NCBI GenBank assembly: GCA_025594325.1
Contig: JANHCV010000004.1
Location: forward strand, 496,001 to 560,000
From: Blastocladiella emersonii ATCC 22665
Taxonomy: Eukaryota > Fungi > Blastocladiomycota
Reading direction: 5' to 3'
Length of the DNA: 64,000 nt
A program made the translations under genes and the position numbers. Positions 34,543 through 46,955 of the stretch are shown piece by piece (position 1 is the stretch's first letter; each line of letters opens with the position of its first letter). The notes under the pieces were generated by a model. The model was given only the letters and a program-made list of their open reading frames with translations, was not told the origin of the DNA and ran no database searches.

Positions 34543-37340
34543 CTACTCGATGTGGCACCAGTCGCCGTACCCGCAGTACGTCTGCTCGTCGGTATCGACA
34601 CAGTTGAGGAACCACGCCGGGAACGTGATCCCCTGGTCCTCGATGACCAGCGTGATCAGCAGCGACGTGATGGCCGAACCGACATCGAACGCCGTCGCCA
34701 GCACGTAGTTGTACTTTTTCCACCACGCCGACCGGTACCGGTACACGTAGAACTGGAAGAACGCCGAAACGAGGAAGCCCGTGAAGTGGTACGCCTGGTT
34801 CCCCGAGGGGCCCTGCGGCTGCAGGAGAATGGGAGCGTAGATGAGCTGCCACGGGATCGGCCCGCCGACGAACAGGTAGCACAGGCGGAGGACGATGGGC
34901 AGCGAGATGCCGAGCGCCACGCCGACGTAGATGACGGGCGCGTACGACGACTCGAAGAAGAAGCGCTTGGGACCGATGGCGCCCCAGATGAGCGAGGCCC
35001 TGGTGAACGGGAGCGGAGGGAGGTCGGGAGTGAGTTCATGGTCGCGATCACATGTGTGGCGCGGCGCGCCTCCGCCTCGCCCCGGCCCCGAGCCCGACCC
35101 AAACCGAACTAGCGGCAGGTACGGGCGGGCGCATGCGCATGCGCGTAGCGAGCGAGCATCATCGGGGAGAGAAAGAGCGAGAAAAAAACGTACGAGTAGT
35201 AGGTGTTGAGGCCCTGCGACGTCCACATGTTGCTGGCGGCGGCCTTGGTGCCGAACAGCGTCACGGACTCGCGGTGGTGCTCGTTGGCCATCCAGAACCG
35301 ATATGCGATGTAGCAGAAGAGAACGGCCATGATCTGGCTCCACATCTGCGCGAGGAAGACGTGACGCGGCGGGACCTATGAACGAGAATCGCGGTCAGTG
35401 TATCTGGCATTGTCGCACAAGCTGCGCAAGCTGCCCATACCTTCATGTAGTGACCCAGCTTCAGATCCGAGAGCAGCGTGAGGCACTGGAGCGAGACGGT
35501 GACGCCGAGGCACTTGAAGGCCATCATGACGATGGGCTTGCCGGGGAGGACGAGGCCGATGAGGAACTGGGAGATGACGTTCATGTAGAGCGCGATGCCC
35601 GAGGTGGCGAGCACGATGGCGATCGGGATCGTGCCGCAGATCGACAGCCCGACGGCGAAGAAGGTGGCCCACCACGGCATGTTGAGCCCCGAGAAGTGGC
35701 CGACGATGGTGGTCAGGATGCCCGTGAACACGAAGAACCCGTAGTACCACGTGTTGGGCACCTCGGGGTACTTGTCGATCAGCTCGCAGTGGATGTCGTT
35801 CTTGGCACCCTTGCCGTTGGCGCGCCACTGCCGCGCAATGTCCTTGCCGTGCCACACGATCGTGTTGGTGATGGACGACATGAGCGACGCGAAGTGGCCC
35901 ATGTACGCGAACGCGAACAGCGTCGTCATGTGGATCGGCTATGTTGGGGAGCGGGGAGCGAGACGAGATCGTTAGCAACCATGTCCGTGATCGTGGTGGT
36001 GGTCGGCGGTCGTGGCCACGAGAGTGGCGGTGGTTGGCGGCCATGGCCACGATCATGGCCGTCGTTGAGGAAACGAAAAATGCGATCCGTACCTTGACCT
36101 TGTCGTACAGCGAGTCCACGACGTTGCGGGTGTTGGGGTCGATGATCATAGCACCCTTGAACGACTTGCCGTCCTTCTTGAAAAGTGCCGTCGTGTTGAG
36201 CGGGGACTTGTTGGTGGGCTGGCTGAACCAGTTGCCCTGCCAGGCGAGCGGGGTGACGATCCACAGGAACACGATCGAGGACAGGACCTGGTTGACGGCG
36301 ACCCAGAAGGGGACGGACATGGGGCCCGAGCCGATGATGGTCCAGTCGAGCGACAGCGACGCGATGCCGGGACCCCAGGTGGGCGAGCCGAGCTTCTGCA
36401 GGATCGAGTCCTTGGGCGAGATCCAGCACAGCAGCGGGATGTACCGGAGCATGGGCGCGATGAAGGACGGGAAGAAGGTGTAGGCGGTCATGGCGAGGGT
36501 GCCGACGCCGAACATCTTGAGCTGCGACCACTCGAGGCCCTTGCCGCCGGCCTCGGCCTTGACCTCCTCCTCGACGGCCGAGTGCAGGTCGCCCTGGTGG
36601 AACGCCATGAACATGGCGACGGACGGCAGGATCGACGGCCAGATCATGGCCTTGGGCCGGATCAGGAACGACCGGCACATGCCCGCGATACCGAACCCGA
36701 GCGTCGCCGAGCAGAACAGGAACGCGATGCCCCAGAACGGACCGATGTCGAGACCGTAGAAGATCTCCTGCACGCCGAGGTTGTCGATGCCGTAGATGCC
36801 CGACGCGCCCGTCGACGCAAAGATGTTGATCAGCACGTGCTCCTTGACCGAAAACGGGCCCGGGTTCGTGTCGACCTCGAGGCCGAACAGGTTGAACTTG
36901 ACCGAGGGAATGGCCTTGGCCATGAACACGCCCATGGGGTAGGCGAGCAGGATACCGACGTACGAGGAGACGGCGAAACTGACACTGCGGAAGAGGAAGA
37001 TGGTGTTGACGGCTAGCGACACGTTGTACAGGGTCAGTTCAGCTGTTCGGAGCAGGGAGCGGGGAGAACCGAGCGGCGACGGGCATGATCGCGACTGTGA
37101 TGCGACCGCGATCCCGCCGCCGTCGCGGAGCGAGCGAGAGGTGACCGTACCGCCGAGGACGAAGCAGAAGAAGGTGCCGATGATCCAGACGCGCAGGGTG
37201 AAGGACGGGAGCGTGGTGTCGTCGGTGGTGGGCACGACCTTGGAGATCATCTCCTCGAAGTCGGCGTCCATGACGAGACTCGAGTCGCCGCCCTCGATCT
37301 CCTCGGCCTTTTCGCTGAGGTGCTTCTCGTTCGCGGTCAT
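34543..37340 (-). CDS. OPT family oligopeptide transporter
   Basis: Multi-exon. DDTTLPSFTLRVWIIG, NPGPFSVKEH, MIWPSILP, IDKYPEVPNTWY, SDLKLGHYMK, LIWGAIGPKRFF and WWKKYNYVLATAFD. Confidence 0.94.
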
Positions 37341-37873
37341 AGTGGTGATGGTGTTGTTGGTGGTCCGGTTCGGGCAGACGAGCGACGACGACGAAGGGGC
37401 TGGTTGATGGTGATGGCCGCGACGACGGGTAGCTCAGCGCTCTAGCTGGATGCACTCTATGCCCGAGCAAGTCCGCGGGGCGTGCGGGGGCGCCCGCCGT
37501 ATTTGAATCTCTCGCGAGGCTTTTGCGGCGGCGGCGCGGCGGAGGCGGCGGCGGCGACGGGCGGCGCCCTTTCGCGCATCGAGAAGCGCTCTCGCGAAAC
37601 CGAGTCGGCACGGTTTTAGTTCGCGCGACACGTCTGTGGCTTGAATGTCGTCACGCGCGTGGTTGTTTTGCTGCGAGCGCGCGATTCATGCCGGAAGAAG
37701 CACCGACGTGGCGGGAGGGGCACAAGGCATGGCGTGTGCGGGCCGCGGTCAGCGGACCCTCCGATATGGAGCTATCCACCTAGCCGGACGGCCGCTCGCG
37801 AACACGGACCGAACAACAGGCCGCAGAGTTAATTAACCGCTGGTGCGGAGCAAAATCAGTTTCACCTTCCCCG

Positions 37874-37948
37874 CTGGCGTTACGCCAGGCGTTACGCCAG
37901 CCGACGCCAGCTGGCGTCTCTAAGTTGCCAGGCGACGCCAGCTGGCGT
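37874..37948. promoter_or_regulatory. Cluster of ACGCCAG/CTGGCGT palindromes upstream of the OPT gene
   Basis: Seven copies of the heptamer in 75 bp. Includes the perfect palindromes GACGCCAGCTGGCGTC (37903-37918) and ACGCCAGCTGGCGT (37935-37948). Function is inferred only. Confidence 0.4.
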
Positions 37949-38471
37949 ACCGGACCGTTGACCCGCGCGAGTCGCTGCGGAGCGGCACCGCGGGAGGTCG
38001 GCGGCACCGATCCTCGCCGTGGTCGCGACCGACGGGCCTCACGCCATCGACTCGTTGCCTATCGCCATGGTGCTTGGACGCGACGATGGTGATGTTGAAG
38101 GAGGCTTCCATGCGTCGCGCCAGGACTTGAGGCGCGCTCAACGCTGCGGGATCACGCCGGCCATCAGACTGCAGTTGTGCTGTGCTGTGCTGCGAGCAAC
38201 TTCGCGCTTGCCGACCTCTCCGCTCACAGAGTTCCACCGAGCAACTCGTACATACAGCTTCCCGCGAACCCGACCGCCTGACCACCGCGACCCTGCTGAC
38301 CCGTTCCTTGCCATGGTCCTGCGGCGAGAGAACCTACCTGTGAGTTACTCCTTCCGGCGTGATCCTGTCCTCGCTTCCCTGGCCACGCACCCACCTGGCT
38401 GCTCCCATATCCCTATATTACACAACGCCGACCACGCGACCACGACCACGACCGCTTCGCGCCGCTCCACG

Positions 38472-41400
38472 CTACGAGATGACGCAACTCGGACACGTTC
38501 GGGCGGCCTCGGGCATCACGATCTCGCCGTCGCTGCCGACCGTCTCGAGCACGCGACGCGGCCGCGGCTGCTGCGGTTCCCGCTGCTGCGAGTCCTGCTC
38601 CTGAGCCGAGTACCCGCGCCGCCGCCGCGCCGAGAATGAGCCGGAGCCGGACGCGAGCAGGACGTCTTGGTCGCCTTCATCGTCACCATCGTCGAGTTCT
38701 TCCGACCCGCGCGCGGCCTCGGTTTCCGCGTCCGCCGGATCGCGGTTCAACGCGCGGATCACGGCGTTGACACGGTCGACGAGCGAGCCCGCCTCTGCAC
38801 CTCCCATCGACCCCGTCCCCGACCCCCTGCGCGCCGACGGACTCTTGCTGCGGGACCGGCGCGTAAGGGTCGCGTCGAGATCGACCTCGATCCCGAGCGC
38901 CTTCTCCGCGTGGGCGAGAAGGCGGTGCAGCTCGGCGTGTTCGTCGAGGAGCCGGGCGAGCGCGGCCTCGGCGCGGTCGCGGTCGAGCACGGTCCCGCCG
39001 TGGGACAGCGCGCCGGCAGCGTGCAGCGCCTGGACGACCTGGCTGGCGCGCACCACGGCCTGCGTGGTCGACCGCGCGACGGAGGAGAGCAGGTGGATGT
39101 CGCGCTCGGCGGCCGCGTCCGAGTGCTCGTCGTAATCAGCGGCGTCGACGGCTTCGGACCCCTGGCGCGACCGCGGCGGCGTCGACCCGGGAACACCCAC
39201 CGCGGCCGCGGCATCGAGCGCCTGGCCCGCGAGAGCAAGCTGGGCGGACCACCCGCGCGCGCCGCGCGACGAGGCGCCGGCGGCGGCGGCCGCCGCGAGG
39301 ACGGACGCGGGCCGGATCGCGCCCATGCCGCCGGCCGCGAGGGCGACGAGCGACTCGAGGCGCGCCATGGCGAGCCGGCGGGTTTCCGCGGCGGCGGCCG
39401 TGAGCCCGTCGCGGACCGTGGGCGCGGTGGCGGCGGCGGTGCCGACCTCCGAGTCGCCCGCGACGACGTCGAGGAGCGCGCGCGCGGCCGAGTCGCGGTC
39501 GCGGTCGAGCGCGTCGCCGAGCCCGCGCGGCTGCGCGAGCGAGTGCATGCGGCGGACGTTGGACGACATGCCGAGGGCCGGGTCGGGCTCGGTGGCAGCA
39601 GCGAGGGCGACTTCGTTGAGCTGCGCGAGACAGCGCGCGGTCGCCACGTCGTGGACGAGGAGCGCGCGGACGGTGCCGGCGGCGGCCTGCATGCCCTCGA
39701 CGGCGGTCGCGAAGGCGTCGAGGACCATGCGGTACCGCGTGCGCTCGACCGTCAGCTCGTCGAGCGCCTGCGCGAGCTTGGTGGACGCGGATACCTCGGC
39801 CGCGGGGCGCGTCAGGTTCACGGCCGCGGAGCGCAGGTCCTCGATCTGCCGGCGGTACGTGCGCTCTTTTTCGCTCCACTCGAGTTCTATGGGCGAGCGA
39901 ACGGGGGTGAGTTTGAGGGTCAGGAGGCGGGGTGGAGGAAGTACCCTTGAGCGACAGCGTCTCGGCGAGCTCGGCGGCGCGCTTCTCGTGGTCGACCTCG
40001 ACGTTGATGCGGGCGTGCGTCTTGATGCGCATGGCGCGGTACCCGAACAGCAGCGTGCCCTTGGTCTCGCTCATGTCCCTTTTCGCCGGCGAGACGCACA
40101 CCTACACATCCCGCCCAACGTCAGTACCCCGACCCCACACCGCAGAACCCAGAAAACGCACGATGAGACTGGTGAGACAATTCCCGCCGAGACTCTCCTG
40201 GAGCAGCCGCGTGAGCGTCGAGTTGCGGAAGGGGATATGCTTCTTGGACTCGGCGAGCGCCTGGATCACGTTGCCGAGCTCGAGCAGCGACAGGTTGATC
40301 TCCTTGGCCTCGGACAGCTGGGTGCCCGTGGCCATGGTCTTCTTGACGCGCTCGGACCCGGCCAGGTCGCACAGCGTGAGCCGCCCGCGCACCACCATCT
40401 CCGGGTTCTCGCCAAAGAACGGGTCGTCGAGGTCGAACCCGGCATCGTCGTCCTCGTCCGACGACCACCCCGTCGCGCCGTTGGCGACGTTCGATTCGTC
40501 GAGCGCGGCCGCCGACGCGGCGAACCCGCCGTTACGGACGGTGCCCGTCGAGACGCCGCGGCCGAGCGCCGCGGGCCCGATGGCCGCGCGCGACCCGGCC
40601 GCAGCACCTGCCGCGGCGCGGACGGCGAGACTAGTGCTGGGCCCCGTAGTGGCCTGGCCGTTGACGATCATGGACCCGGCGGTCGACAGCGAGTGGAACG
40701 AGGACCGGCTGAGCGAGGACGTGAGTCCCGTCGCGGCGGCGACACGGTTCGGGTGGCGCTCGACGGTGAGGAAGCAGATAGCGTGGGACCGGGACGAGTG
40801 GCGGTTCATCTTGGTCTCGGCGAAGACGAGGCGCGACTGGCCGTGGGCGAGGAGGTCGAGGACCTCGGCCTCGGACTTGGCGGGGTGCTCGGACAGGCCC
40901 TCGACGAAGACGCCGTGCTCGGGGTGCTCGCGCAGGGGCAGCTCGTGGCCGGCGTCGATGGCGGACGACGCCGAGTCGGCGTCGCCCAGCAGGTCGTAGA
41001 TCTTCTCCTGGTAGATCTGCATGTACGACAGCTTGACGCGGTACGTGCACCGGTACTTGTCGCGCTGCATCTTGCGGAACAGCTGGTGCAGCGCGCGCGG
41101 GATCATGCCGTCGGGCGACGAAAGCGTCAAGGTCTTGCCCGACCCTGTCTGGCCGTAGGCAATGAGGGTTCCGTTGAACCCGCGCAGACACGCGTGCACG
41201 AGCGGCTGACCGACCACCGCGTACACGTCGCGGTTCGTGGCCGCGCCCGGGAACACGGTGTCGAACGCAAACGACGCCGACGCCGACGTCGCCGACGACC
41301 CGTGCTCGAGCAGCCCGATCTGCGCGCGCGCCGCGTCCGTCGCCACGACATTCGGCTCGCGCGCCGTGATCTCGGGCGGCAGCAGCGGGCGCACGCGCAC

Positions 41401-41715
41401 AAACACCTTGATGCGGCCGGACCCGGGACGGTCGTCGAGGCCGCCGCCGGCCGAGCCCGCGGGGCTCGTGCGAGACGAAAAGGACTCGAAGGTTGGCGTC
41501 GTCGGGCTACCGGGCGACGAGCGCGCGACGGCGGCGCCGCGGCCGACGGGCGGCGACTGCGGCGCCGTGGTCTTGATGAGCGGCGGCGGCGGGGTCGCCG
41601 ACACGAGCGTCACCTGCGACGCCGTCAGCGCCGGGCTCGCGGTGCCCGCCGTGCTCGCCGTCGACGTTGACGTCGGGCGGCCGGTGGGCGCGGCGAGGTG
41701 GATCGAGGACCGCAT
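38472..41715 (-). CDS. Kinesin with N-terminal motor and C-terminal coiled coil, 3 exons
   Basis: VFVRVRP, YGQTGSGKT, SSRSH, DLAGSER and HIPFRNSTLTRLLQESLGGN. Introns at 40161-40102 and 39944-39887 restore the frame. Confidence 0.93.
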
Positions 41716-42146
41716 GGCGGTTAGGGGATGCGGAGCCCGATCAGTGGTTGTGTGTGGAAGTGGGCAAGTCTAGACGGAGCGGGCTGGTTAATCGGACGGC
41801 TCCGCTCGACGGGGATCCGCACAACCGCGAACCTAGTGTGCGCAGTGCCTCCCACAACTGGCGGCGGGCGGGTGCGAGACGGCGCACGGGCGGGCGGGCG
41901 GATCGAATGCAGCAAGTCGGCGGCGCCGGTGGGAATCGGGGCTCGCGCGCTGGTGACGGCGTCGGGAAGCGAACGTTAATCGGGGCGGACGCGTTTCTCA
42001 TTTGCACGCAGCGTGGCGCCCGGTGGGCGTGACGCCACGCGACGCTACGGCCGATCGCTTTCGCGGGCGCGTCGCCCACTTCGCGTTGGGCGTGTGGCGC
42101 CGCTCTCTGCTCCGGCAAGGATCACCCTTTCAACGTATCAATCACC

Positions 42147-42541
42147 ATGGTAGCTGCGCACCGCCCGCAATATGTATCGCGACGCCATCCTGACGCGTGC
42201 CCGTCTCCCCGCGTCTAGGCGAGCGCGCAAGACAAGGCCGTCGGCTCCGTGTTCATCCTGATCGCCGCCATCGTGTGGCTCTACTACACGACGTGGGTGT
42301 TTGTGCTGGTCCGTCGTCTCGCCTTTTGCGGTTCCAGTGCGCCTACTGACGCCTTACGCACAACTAGCCGTTTGTCGACGCGGACCACTTCCTGCACTCG
42401 TTCTTCCTCGCGCGCGAGTACGCCATCCTGCTGCCGACGCTGCTCCTCGTCGTTGGCGTCACGGGCATCGGCGGGTTCATTGGCATGAGCGTCGTCAAGA
42501 AGCAGCTCAAGTCCAAGGCCGCCGCCAAGAAGGCGGCGTGA
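42147..42541 (+). CDS. DPM2: Dolichol-phosphate mannosyltransferase regulatory subunit
   Basis: ATG-only first exon (intron 42150-42218) and a second intron before PFVD. Product MASAQDKAVGSVFILIAAIVWLYYTTWVFVLPFVDADHFLHSFFLAREYAILLP... Confidence 0.9.
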
Positions 42542-42626
42542 GTTGTTGTGTGCGGGTCGAGCAAGCAGTAAACATTTGTATTGATCACACACACGGCAGC
42601 TAAATGCGAGTATTGTATCCGGCAGA

Positions 42627-43331
42627 CTACTCCTCGTCGACCATGCGGCCCGTGTCGACGTGGTTCACGTCCGTCTCGACGAGCGTCGAGTCGACAAAGT
42701 GCGAGATGCCCGAGGGGTCGATGATGACCATGTCCCACGGGTAGTCGACGTCGCGCAGCGCCGCGAGGCCCTCGATCACCTCGACCGTCTTGTCCGTGTC
42801 ACCGTCGTTCATGCCCTTGTTGGTCTGGATGTGCATGCCGAGGTCGAGCGCCGCACTCGACAGGAAATTCCACACCGTGTCGATGCGCTTGCGGCCGTCG
42901 GCCGAGATCTCGAGCCCGAGCGCGGGGATCTCGATGCGCGCGTACGGCGACTTGAGCAGCACGTTCCACAGCTGCGCGCGCTGCGTCACGCGGTACGTGA
43001 GCCGCTTGCTGACCCAGTCGGCCTCGGCGGGTTCGGGCGTCACCTTGAAGTAGAGCGCCGGGTGGCCCTCGGCGTCGGGCCGCGTCGCCAGCTCGACCGA
43101 GGGGAGCAGCTTGAGAAAGTCCTCGAAGGTCCCGTTCAGCGCGTCCTCGAGCTCAGGCACGTCCTCGTACCCGAGGTTCATGCACAGGAACGTGGCCACG
43201 GGCTCGGCCTGCAGCCACTCGGTCTGCGCAGACGTGTACACCACCTCGATCTCGTCAATCATCCGCTGCACCTCCTGGTGGCCCAGGTCGATGGAGCGCT
43301 CCGCCGTCAGAGTCTGCGTGTGCTGGCCCAT
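42627..43331 (-). CDS. ZPR1 A/B-domain protein lacking the zinc finger
   Basis: LTYRV...VLLKSPYARIEIPALGLEI...DTV...PWDMVIIDPSGISHF matches the ZPR1 A/B-domain pattern. No CxxC pairs. Confidence 0.7.
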   Translation of the reverse strand: MGQHTQTLTAERSIDLGHQEVQRMIDEIEVVYTSAQTEWLQAEPVATFLCMNLGYEDVPELEDALNGTFEDFLKLLPSVELATRPDAEGHPALYFKVTPEPAEADWVSKRLTYRVTQRAQLWNVLLKSPYARIEIPALGLEISADGRKRIDTVWNFLSSAALDLGMHIQTNKGMNDGDTDKTVEVIEGLAALRDVDYPWDMVIIDPSGISHFVDSTLVETDVNHVDTGRMVDEE

Positions 43332-43695
43332 GGTTTTCGTTTCTTGATTCGTTGCAAGGGGGACGGTCTGCTGGAGGGAGAGGAGAAGCGAACGACAGCT
43401 GGCTGCTGACAAAACCGGGCAGAAACCGCGCCCGCGTGAGCAAAACCAAATGTGGCGCACGGAACGAGGACGAAAATCGGATCATGTCAGCGACCATCGC
43501 CGTGTCCACCGACCACCGCGGCCCGCACGACTCGCTGCATTGCAATCGCGGACCTTCGCCTCCCTTCCCGACCCGATCCCGCAACGGTGGCCATGTGGTG
43601 GCCGCGGCGTTCACTGTTCTCAAAGTCGGCCGCCACCCCCTCTCTCCCCGCTACTCCTTCACCAGCCCGCACACTGCATACTTCGAAACAAGCAC

Positions 43696-45298
43696 ATGGA
43701 ATCAACCGCTAGCGAGCCGCTCATCGTGCACCCATCTCCATCGCCACCTCCGTCGGCGGCACCCGCCCAGGACCCACCACTGCCCGCTGCCGCCGCGATG
43801 CCGCCCACGCCGCCGCCCGAGCCCTCGGGGGCCGCGTCGCGCCGCGAATCGGCGGCCTCCCCTACGCAACAACCGCCGCGCTCCGCGCCGCCCGCGCACC
43901 CGCCGCTGCGCCTGACGATCCCGGCGCTCGCGGACCCGGACCTGTCGACGGACTGCGCGCAGTGCGGCAAGGCCTTCTCAACCTCCGGGTTCCGGTGGTG
44001 GACGGGCCGCCCAAAAGTCCACTGCGTGCACTGCGGGCTCGTGTGCTGCCGCGACTGCGCCGACACCAAGGTCCTGCTGCGCAAGTTCGGCTACGTCGAC
44101 GCGCCGCAGCGCGTGTGCGTGTACTGCCGCCCCGTCGCCGCCCTCGAGGCCCTGACCGAGCGCGAGCTCGCGATGCAGCCCGTCCACGCGCTCCGCGCCT
44201 ATGTCAACGCGTACCAGGTGCCCGGCGCGCCGTTCCTCGAGAAGAGCGATTTGGTCGCGGCGGTCGCGCGCGCGATCGCGAACCCCGACGATGGCCGCGA
44301 ACGCCAGTTCCGCGCGCGCCGCAAGGCGATGCCGCACGGCGCCAAGTTTGGCGATTCGCCCACGGCGAACGGGCAGCGCCAGCGCGCGCGGTCCGAGCAC
44401 ACGAACGCGCGGCCCGGGTTCTTTGCGTCGTTCGGCAACAGCAGTACCGCGTCGTCGTCGTCGGCGCAGCAGCAGCAGCAGGCGCCGCCCGTCCCGCCCG
44501 TCCCACCACGCCCGGCGCCCGCGTCCAACCGGCCCGCGGTCCCGCCCGGCGCGGGTCCGCGGAGCAGCGGGGGCGGGGCTACCACCGGCACCGGCAGCAA
44601 CGACACCAGCAGCAGCGACGCGCGGTCTCGCGCCCGCTCGCAGCCGCCGCCGATGCACGCGCGGCCGGGCGCCACCGCCAACGGGTCCGTTCCGCCCGTC
44701 CCGCCGACGCCGCTGAGCGCCGCCGAGCAGGCGCAGATCGACGCGTTCCTGCAGAACTTGCTGGCCGAGTACCTGACGCGGACTGGGGGCGCTGCCGGGT
44801 CTAGTAGTAGTGACGCGCCGCCCGCGCACCGGCCCAACGTCGACCCGGACCTGCCCTCGATCAAGATGCTCGCCGAGGCCAACGCCGACCCCGCCAACCT
44901 CTCGATCCGCGCGCTCAAGGGGATCCTCGCCGCGAACCACGTCGACGCGTCGCAGCTGCTCGAGAAGTCGGAGCTCGTGGCCAAGGTCCGGCTGCTGATT
45001 GATGAGTGGCGCAAGTTGCACCCGCCACCACTGCGTACGCGTTTCCCGCTGTTTGCCTCCACTCGGCGTACGACTGACGCGTGCCCGTGTAGCCACCGAC
45101 GGTCCCACCGCGGCCGCCGCGCCGTCGACCCCGCTCAGCCCGTCGCAGGAGTGCAAGGTGTGCATGGAGAACCCGATCGACTGCGTGCTGCTCGAGTGCG
45201 GCCACGTCGGCGTGTGCTCCGAGTGCGCCAACCAGATGCACGACTGCCCCTTTTGCCGCGAGCGCATCACCCGCGTCGTGCACACGTTCCACGCGTGA
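43696..45298 (+). CDS. FYVE-like + RING E3 ligase (RNF34/RFFL-like)
   Basis: CAQC...HCVHCGLVCCRDC...VCVYC, two LEKSxLV helical modules, intron 45035-45092, then RING CKVC...ECGHVGVCSEC...CPFCR. Confidence 0.9.
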
Positions 45299-45353
45299 AC
45301 CCAACCTTGTACCATCACCCCCCTTGCACACACACCCAATGTATCTATTCGCT

Positions 45354-46718
45354 TTACAACGCAGTTGCGGATCGGCTCGACGCCATGGACATGGTGGTGT
45401 GGGATTGGGTGCCTGGGAGCCACCATAGGCACGTCTCGCGGACTGCGGCGCGGAACCGCGCGTCCATGCTTAGCAGGATGATCGGGTCGGCGAGCTCTGA
45501 GACGAACTTGGACACGGCGAACCCTACACGTTGCGTTGCACGCTAGCGTCAGTCGTCATGACACACACAGCCCGCGCCGACGTACACGCGTCAGACGCCC
45601 TGCCCGTCCGCTCGCCCGTCGCCAGCGTGCTCCCGATAATGAAATTCGCCGGCGCGACCGTGAACGTGAGCGCGACGAGCGACAGGATCCCGCGCGTCAC
45701 GATGCGCCGCTCCACTTCCGTGTTCTTGAACGACTGCAGCTGGATTGCTTCGTTGGTTACGGCGCGTGTGAGCGCGGGCCGTTTGGGCGTGGCCGTGGTC
45801 GTCGTAGACGAAGTCGACGGCGGGTCAGCGGCCGTGGCCAGGATGCTCGACGAGTGCGGGCTGTCGATGGTCATGGAGATGGCGCGCAGGAGGCTGCTGG
45901 TTTCTACATCGGTTCGAGCCGTGAGACAAGCGACGGGCGGAGAACAAGTGGAGAACCATACGAATCTCGAGTCGTTCACCCGTCATGGCGGCCCTAGACG
46001 CGGTCGCGGTCGGCGAGATGGGCGGCTGCGACGATGAGCCGGCCGACTGCGACGTCGACTTGATGAGCTTGCGCGTCGTCCTGCGCAGTCGGATCACGAT
46101 GGCCACGTAGATGCCTCCGACGGACACGATCTGCGACGTGACCAGGATCAAGTCCAAGTACCCGATCCCCGTGGCCATGGACGACGGGTAGCAGAACAGG
46201 CCGCTTCGACTGATCACGCTGCGGTGCCCGATCGCGTGCAAGAGCACGTCGCCGACGGACAAGAGCATCGCGCCGACCGTCAGCTGGTCGGCCTGACGGA
46301 CGGACATGGCGTTGAGCTTGATGATCGACTGGTACCGCTCGAGCGCCATGCTCGATACGATCATCACCGTATAACAGATGAAAAAGAGGTTGATCGACTC
46401 GTACAGGCGGCACAGCGGCTCGGGCCAGCGCAGGTCGACAAGCAGCGCGAGACGGATCCCTGTCATGCACAGGCCGTAGCCGAGGTACCCGCCGCACAAG
46501 CTCGCGGCGAGCCGGTTGGCCGCGTTGGTCATGATCCTGGCGCGGCAACGGTACGCGGACAGGACGATCGCGCCGTTCAAGGCCACGATGGCCAGCGCCT
46601 GGACCAGCAGGAACACGTTGATGGGCTGCGTCGGGGCATCGTGATCCCGGTCCTGCTCATTCCATGCGGCGCGGGTCCATTGCTGTATGTTGAAGATGGT
46701 GGATACATGAGGGTCCAT
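45354..46718 (-). CDS. Rhodopsin-class (7tm_1-like) GPCR, paralog 1, 3 exons
   Basis: Introns at 45961-45904 and 45585-45524. TM3 CRLYE...MALERY, ECL2 SGLFCYP, TM7 AVSKFVSELADPIILLSMDARFR. Confidence 0.85.
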
Positions 46719-46955
46719 GAGAACGGCATTTTTTGGAAAGTAGCGGTGAGCGGAGACAACGGATCCGAAGTGAAGTACATGCGTGATGGGAGACGTGGTC
46801 GCGGCCTCGCTGAGAGTGACCACAGCCGCGAGTGCTCTCTCGACGATTGATCGCGGGCATGACAAAGCACGAATGATTGAAGAAACAAGGCGAGTAGATT
46901 AAACAAACAAGCAAACGGCAACGCTTCGACACGCTTCGACATCAAAACCCACTCC

